A DNA stretch of 63,629 nt, counting the filler. It is 5 parts of 5 records of this genome, joined end to end, with 100 filler letters (N's around TTAATTAATTAA, not from the genome) between each part and the next. Parts side by side here need not be neighbours in the genome. Positions count along the whole stretch, not along the records: positions 58,306 to 63,629 come from SRR31156797_14464; 4 more parts are not named here. One strand, written 5' to 3'. Position 1 is the first letter of the stretch; every line of letters begins with the position of its first letter. The position numbers and the translations under genes were made by a program. This document shows positions 61,887 through 63,629 of the stretch, in pieces. The notes below the pieces were generated by a model. That model ran no database searches. It was not told the DNA's origin and worked only from the letters and a program-made list of their open reading frames with translations.

Positions 61887-63157
61887 CTCAGGAATATATA
61901 AAGCCGATACCAGTCATTCAGCCCTGGACCGAGGAATTCTGGAAAGCCAGCAAAAAGCACAAGCTGCTGATTCAGAAATGCAATGAATGCGAATCCCTGA
62001 TTTTTTACCCTCGTAAATATTGCCCCGACTGCTGGTCGTCCGACCTGGGCTGGCAGGAAGCATCCGGCCGGGCCAAGGTTAATACCTTTACCGTGATGCG
62101 CGACATGGTCGAACCGAAATTCATGCCCGATCTGCCATACGTGCTGGCCATGTTCGACTTGGAAGAGGGGATACGCATGATGTCCAGGGTCGTGGAATGC
62201 GATCCGGAAACAGTGGAAATCGGCCTGGATGTCGAAGTGGTTTTCGAGGATATAACCGATCAACATGCCTTGCCCTTGTTCCGCCCGATCGACGAAAGCT
62301 TGAGAATTGTTAAATCGGATGAAGATGAAAAGGATGATCAGGAAGACGCCGGCGTCCTGATGAGCCCGGACGATTACCAGACCATACTTTATGAAATCGG
62401 CGGTCCGGACGGCTCGGTCTGCCGAATAACCTTGAACCGTCCTGAAAAATACAACGCCATTAACAAGCGCATGGCCTATGAACTCTACGACGCTTTCCGC
62501 CGGGTCAGGCAAAACAGGAACGTGGGAGTGGTTGTTCTATCCGGAGCCGGAGACCAGGCATTCTGCACCGGCGGCGACCTGGACGTGTTTCCGTCCCTGG
62601 CCGAACACCAGACCGGTTTGAACTGGCTGGCCCATGAAGGCCTGGATGTGCAAAAAGCCATTACTGATTGCGAAAAAGTTGTCATGGCCAAGATTGACGG
62701 ACATTGTCTGGCCGGCGGCCTGGAACTGGCTCTCTGCTGCGACCTGCTTTATGCCAAACAATCCGCCCGTATCGGCTTGACGGAAATCGGCATGGGCATC
62801 CTGCCCGGCTGGGGCGGCACGGCCAGGATTGTCCGGAGCATGCCCGTGCAAAGGGCGAGGGAGCTTATTTATACCGGTAATAAAAATTATACGGCCGCGG
62901 AACTATATGAAATGGGATTGCTCACCCGAGTGTTCCCTGACGAAGTATTTGAAGTGGAATTCGAAAAAATAGCGGCCAATGTCGCTTCCAAAAAGCCGAT
63001 TGCCCTGAGAATGGGCAAGGAAATTATGGCCCGTTCGGCCGAGGGCGGCAGCATTGACACGGCCCTGGCCGTGGAGCGCAATGGAATTCAATGGCTCACA
63101 TACGCACCCGACATTCAGGAAATGATGGCCAAATTCAGACAGAGTACCAAGGGCTGA
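61883..63157 (+). CDS. Fusion of Zn-ribbon/OB-fold (DUF35) and enoyl-CoA hydratase (crotonase)
   Basis: FWKA...KLLIQKCNEC....YPRKYCPDC and PYVLA..DLEEG.RM (DUF35); acidic linker; ITLNRPEKYNAI, AFCTGGD, GHCLAGGLELAL.CD, GLTEI..GILPGWGG (crotonase). Confidence 0.9.
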   Translation: MTQEYIKPIPVIQPWTEEFWKASKKHKLLIQKCNECESLIFYPRKYCPDCWSSDLGWQEASGRAKVNTFTVMRDMVEPKFMPDLPYVLAMFDLEEGIRMMSRVVECDPETVEIGLDVEVVFEDITDQHALPLFRPIDESLRIVKSDEDEKDDQEDAGVLMSPDDYQTILYEIGGPDGSVCRITLNRPEKYNAINKRMAYELYDAFRRVRQNRNVGVVVLSGAGDQAFCTGGDLDVFPSLAEHQTGLNWLAHEGLDVQKAITDCEKVVMAKIDGHCLAGGLELALCCDLLYAKQSARIGLTEIGMGILPGWGGTARIVRSMPVQRARELIYTGNKNYTAAELYEMGLLTRVFPDEVFEVEFEKIAANVASKKPIALRMGKEIMARSAEGGSIDTALAVERNGIQWLTYAPDIQEMMAKFRQSTKG

Positions 63158-63169
63158 CAGGGGGAGAAA

Positions 63170-63629
63170 ATGGATTTCAGTTTTACCGAAGAACAGGAAA
63201 TGCTCCGCGAAACGATTCGCAGGTTTTGCGACAAGGAGCTTAACAGGGAAAAAGTCCGCTGGATGGATGAAAACTGCGACTTTGTTCCCGAAGATATCTG
63301 GAACGGCCTGGCTGAACTGGGTTTTTTCCGAATGGGCATGCCGGAGGAATACGGGGGCCTGAGCATGGGGCATATAGAGGGCATGATTGTAACCGAGGAA
63401 CTGGCCACAGCGTCGGTATCCGTGGCCCTGGGCGCGGGCGCGACCATGGGATTCGGCGCTGTGCCTCTGATGCATATGGGCAGCGAAGACCAGAAGGCCA
63501 GGCACCTGCCTCAAATAGCCGAGGGTAAGGAAAAATGGGCCATGGCCCTGACCGAACCGGCCGGAGGCACGGATATTCTGGGCGCCATATCAACCAGGGC
63601 CGAAGACAAGGGCGATCACTGGCTGATCA
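63170..63629 (+). CDS. Acyl-CoA dehydrogenase, 3' truncated (absent from the ORF track)
   Basis: GGAG RBS plus ATG 63170; MDFSFTEEQEMLRETIRRF...LAELG...PEEYGG...EEL...GSEDQK..HLP.IAEG....AMALTEP.GGTD. Confidence 0.95.
   Translation, partial: MDFSFTEEQEMLRETIRRFCDKELNREKVRWMDENCDFVPEDIWNGLAELGFFRMGMPEEYGGLSMGHIEGMIVTEELATASVSVALGAGATMGFGAVPLMHMGSEDQKARHLPQIAEGKEKWAMALTEPAGGTDILGAISTRAEDKGDHWLI

Overview
This window is not one genome. It is five unrelated metagenomic contigs joined by artificial 100-nt linkers (44 N + TTAATTAATTAA + 44 N); taxonomic labels below are inferred from gene content and composition. Contig A (1-14733, AT-rich Bacteroidota): rteC, then a minus-strand PUL-like locus (ECF sigma, FecR, SusC, SusD) whose visible cargo is an amidohydrolase and three esterases, with no glycoside hydrolase. 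It has a likely cis-antisense sRNA at the susC start. Contig B (14834-42795, Desulfobulbales-like): partial tRNA-Leu, secG, tpiA, pgk, rimI, a divergent gap, sfsA, pyrC, pyrB, lepB, then pilMNOP followed by a non-canonical secretin module. That module is a PilQ N-terminal half (AMIN-AMIN-N0) fused to TPRs with no secretin domain, a separate MshL-like lipoprotein secretin, and a glycine-zipper lipoprotein. The contig continues with secB, uvrA, glyQ, an MBL hydrolase, a flavodoxin-like protein, a large GDH2-type glutamate dehydrogenase and a C10 peptidase. Contig C (42896-51008, Bacteroidota): a Cys-rich HYR-like repeat protein, SDR, a conserved hypothetical, an esterase, NUDIX, aminopeptidase P and a partial hybrid kinase. 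Contig D (51109-58205, Campylobacterota): pheT end, aroA, ispH, rpsA, serA, efp, an ERIC-like palindromic element, a HAD hydrolase and the end of cheW. Contig E (58306-63629, Desulfobacterales-like): a REP doublet, a ROK kinase, and a MerR-TetR fusion regulator divergent from a thiolase-fold gene lacking the nucleophile Cys, a DUF35-crotonase fusion and an acyl-CoA dehydrogenase. The best candidates for undescribed systems are the split-PilQ type IV pilus outer-membrane module (26206-30871) and the DUF35-crotonase/aldolase-like operon (60702-63629). All family assignments come from motif recognition by eye; no database searches were run.
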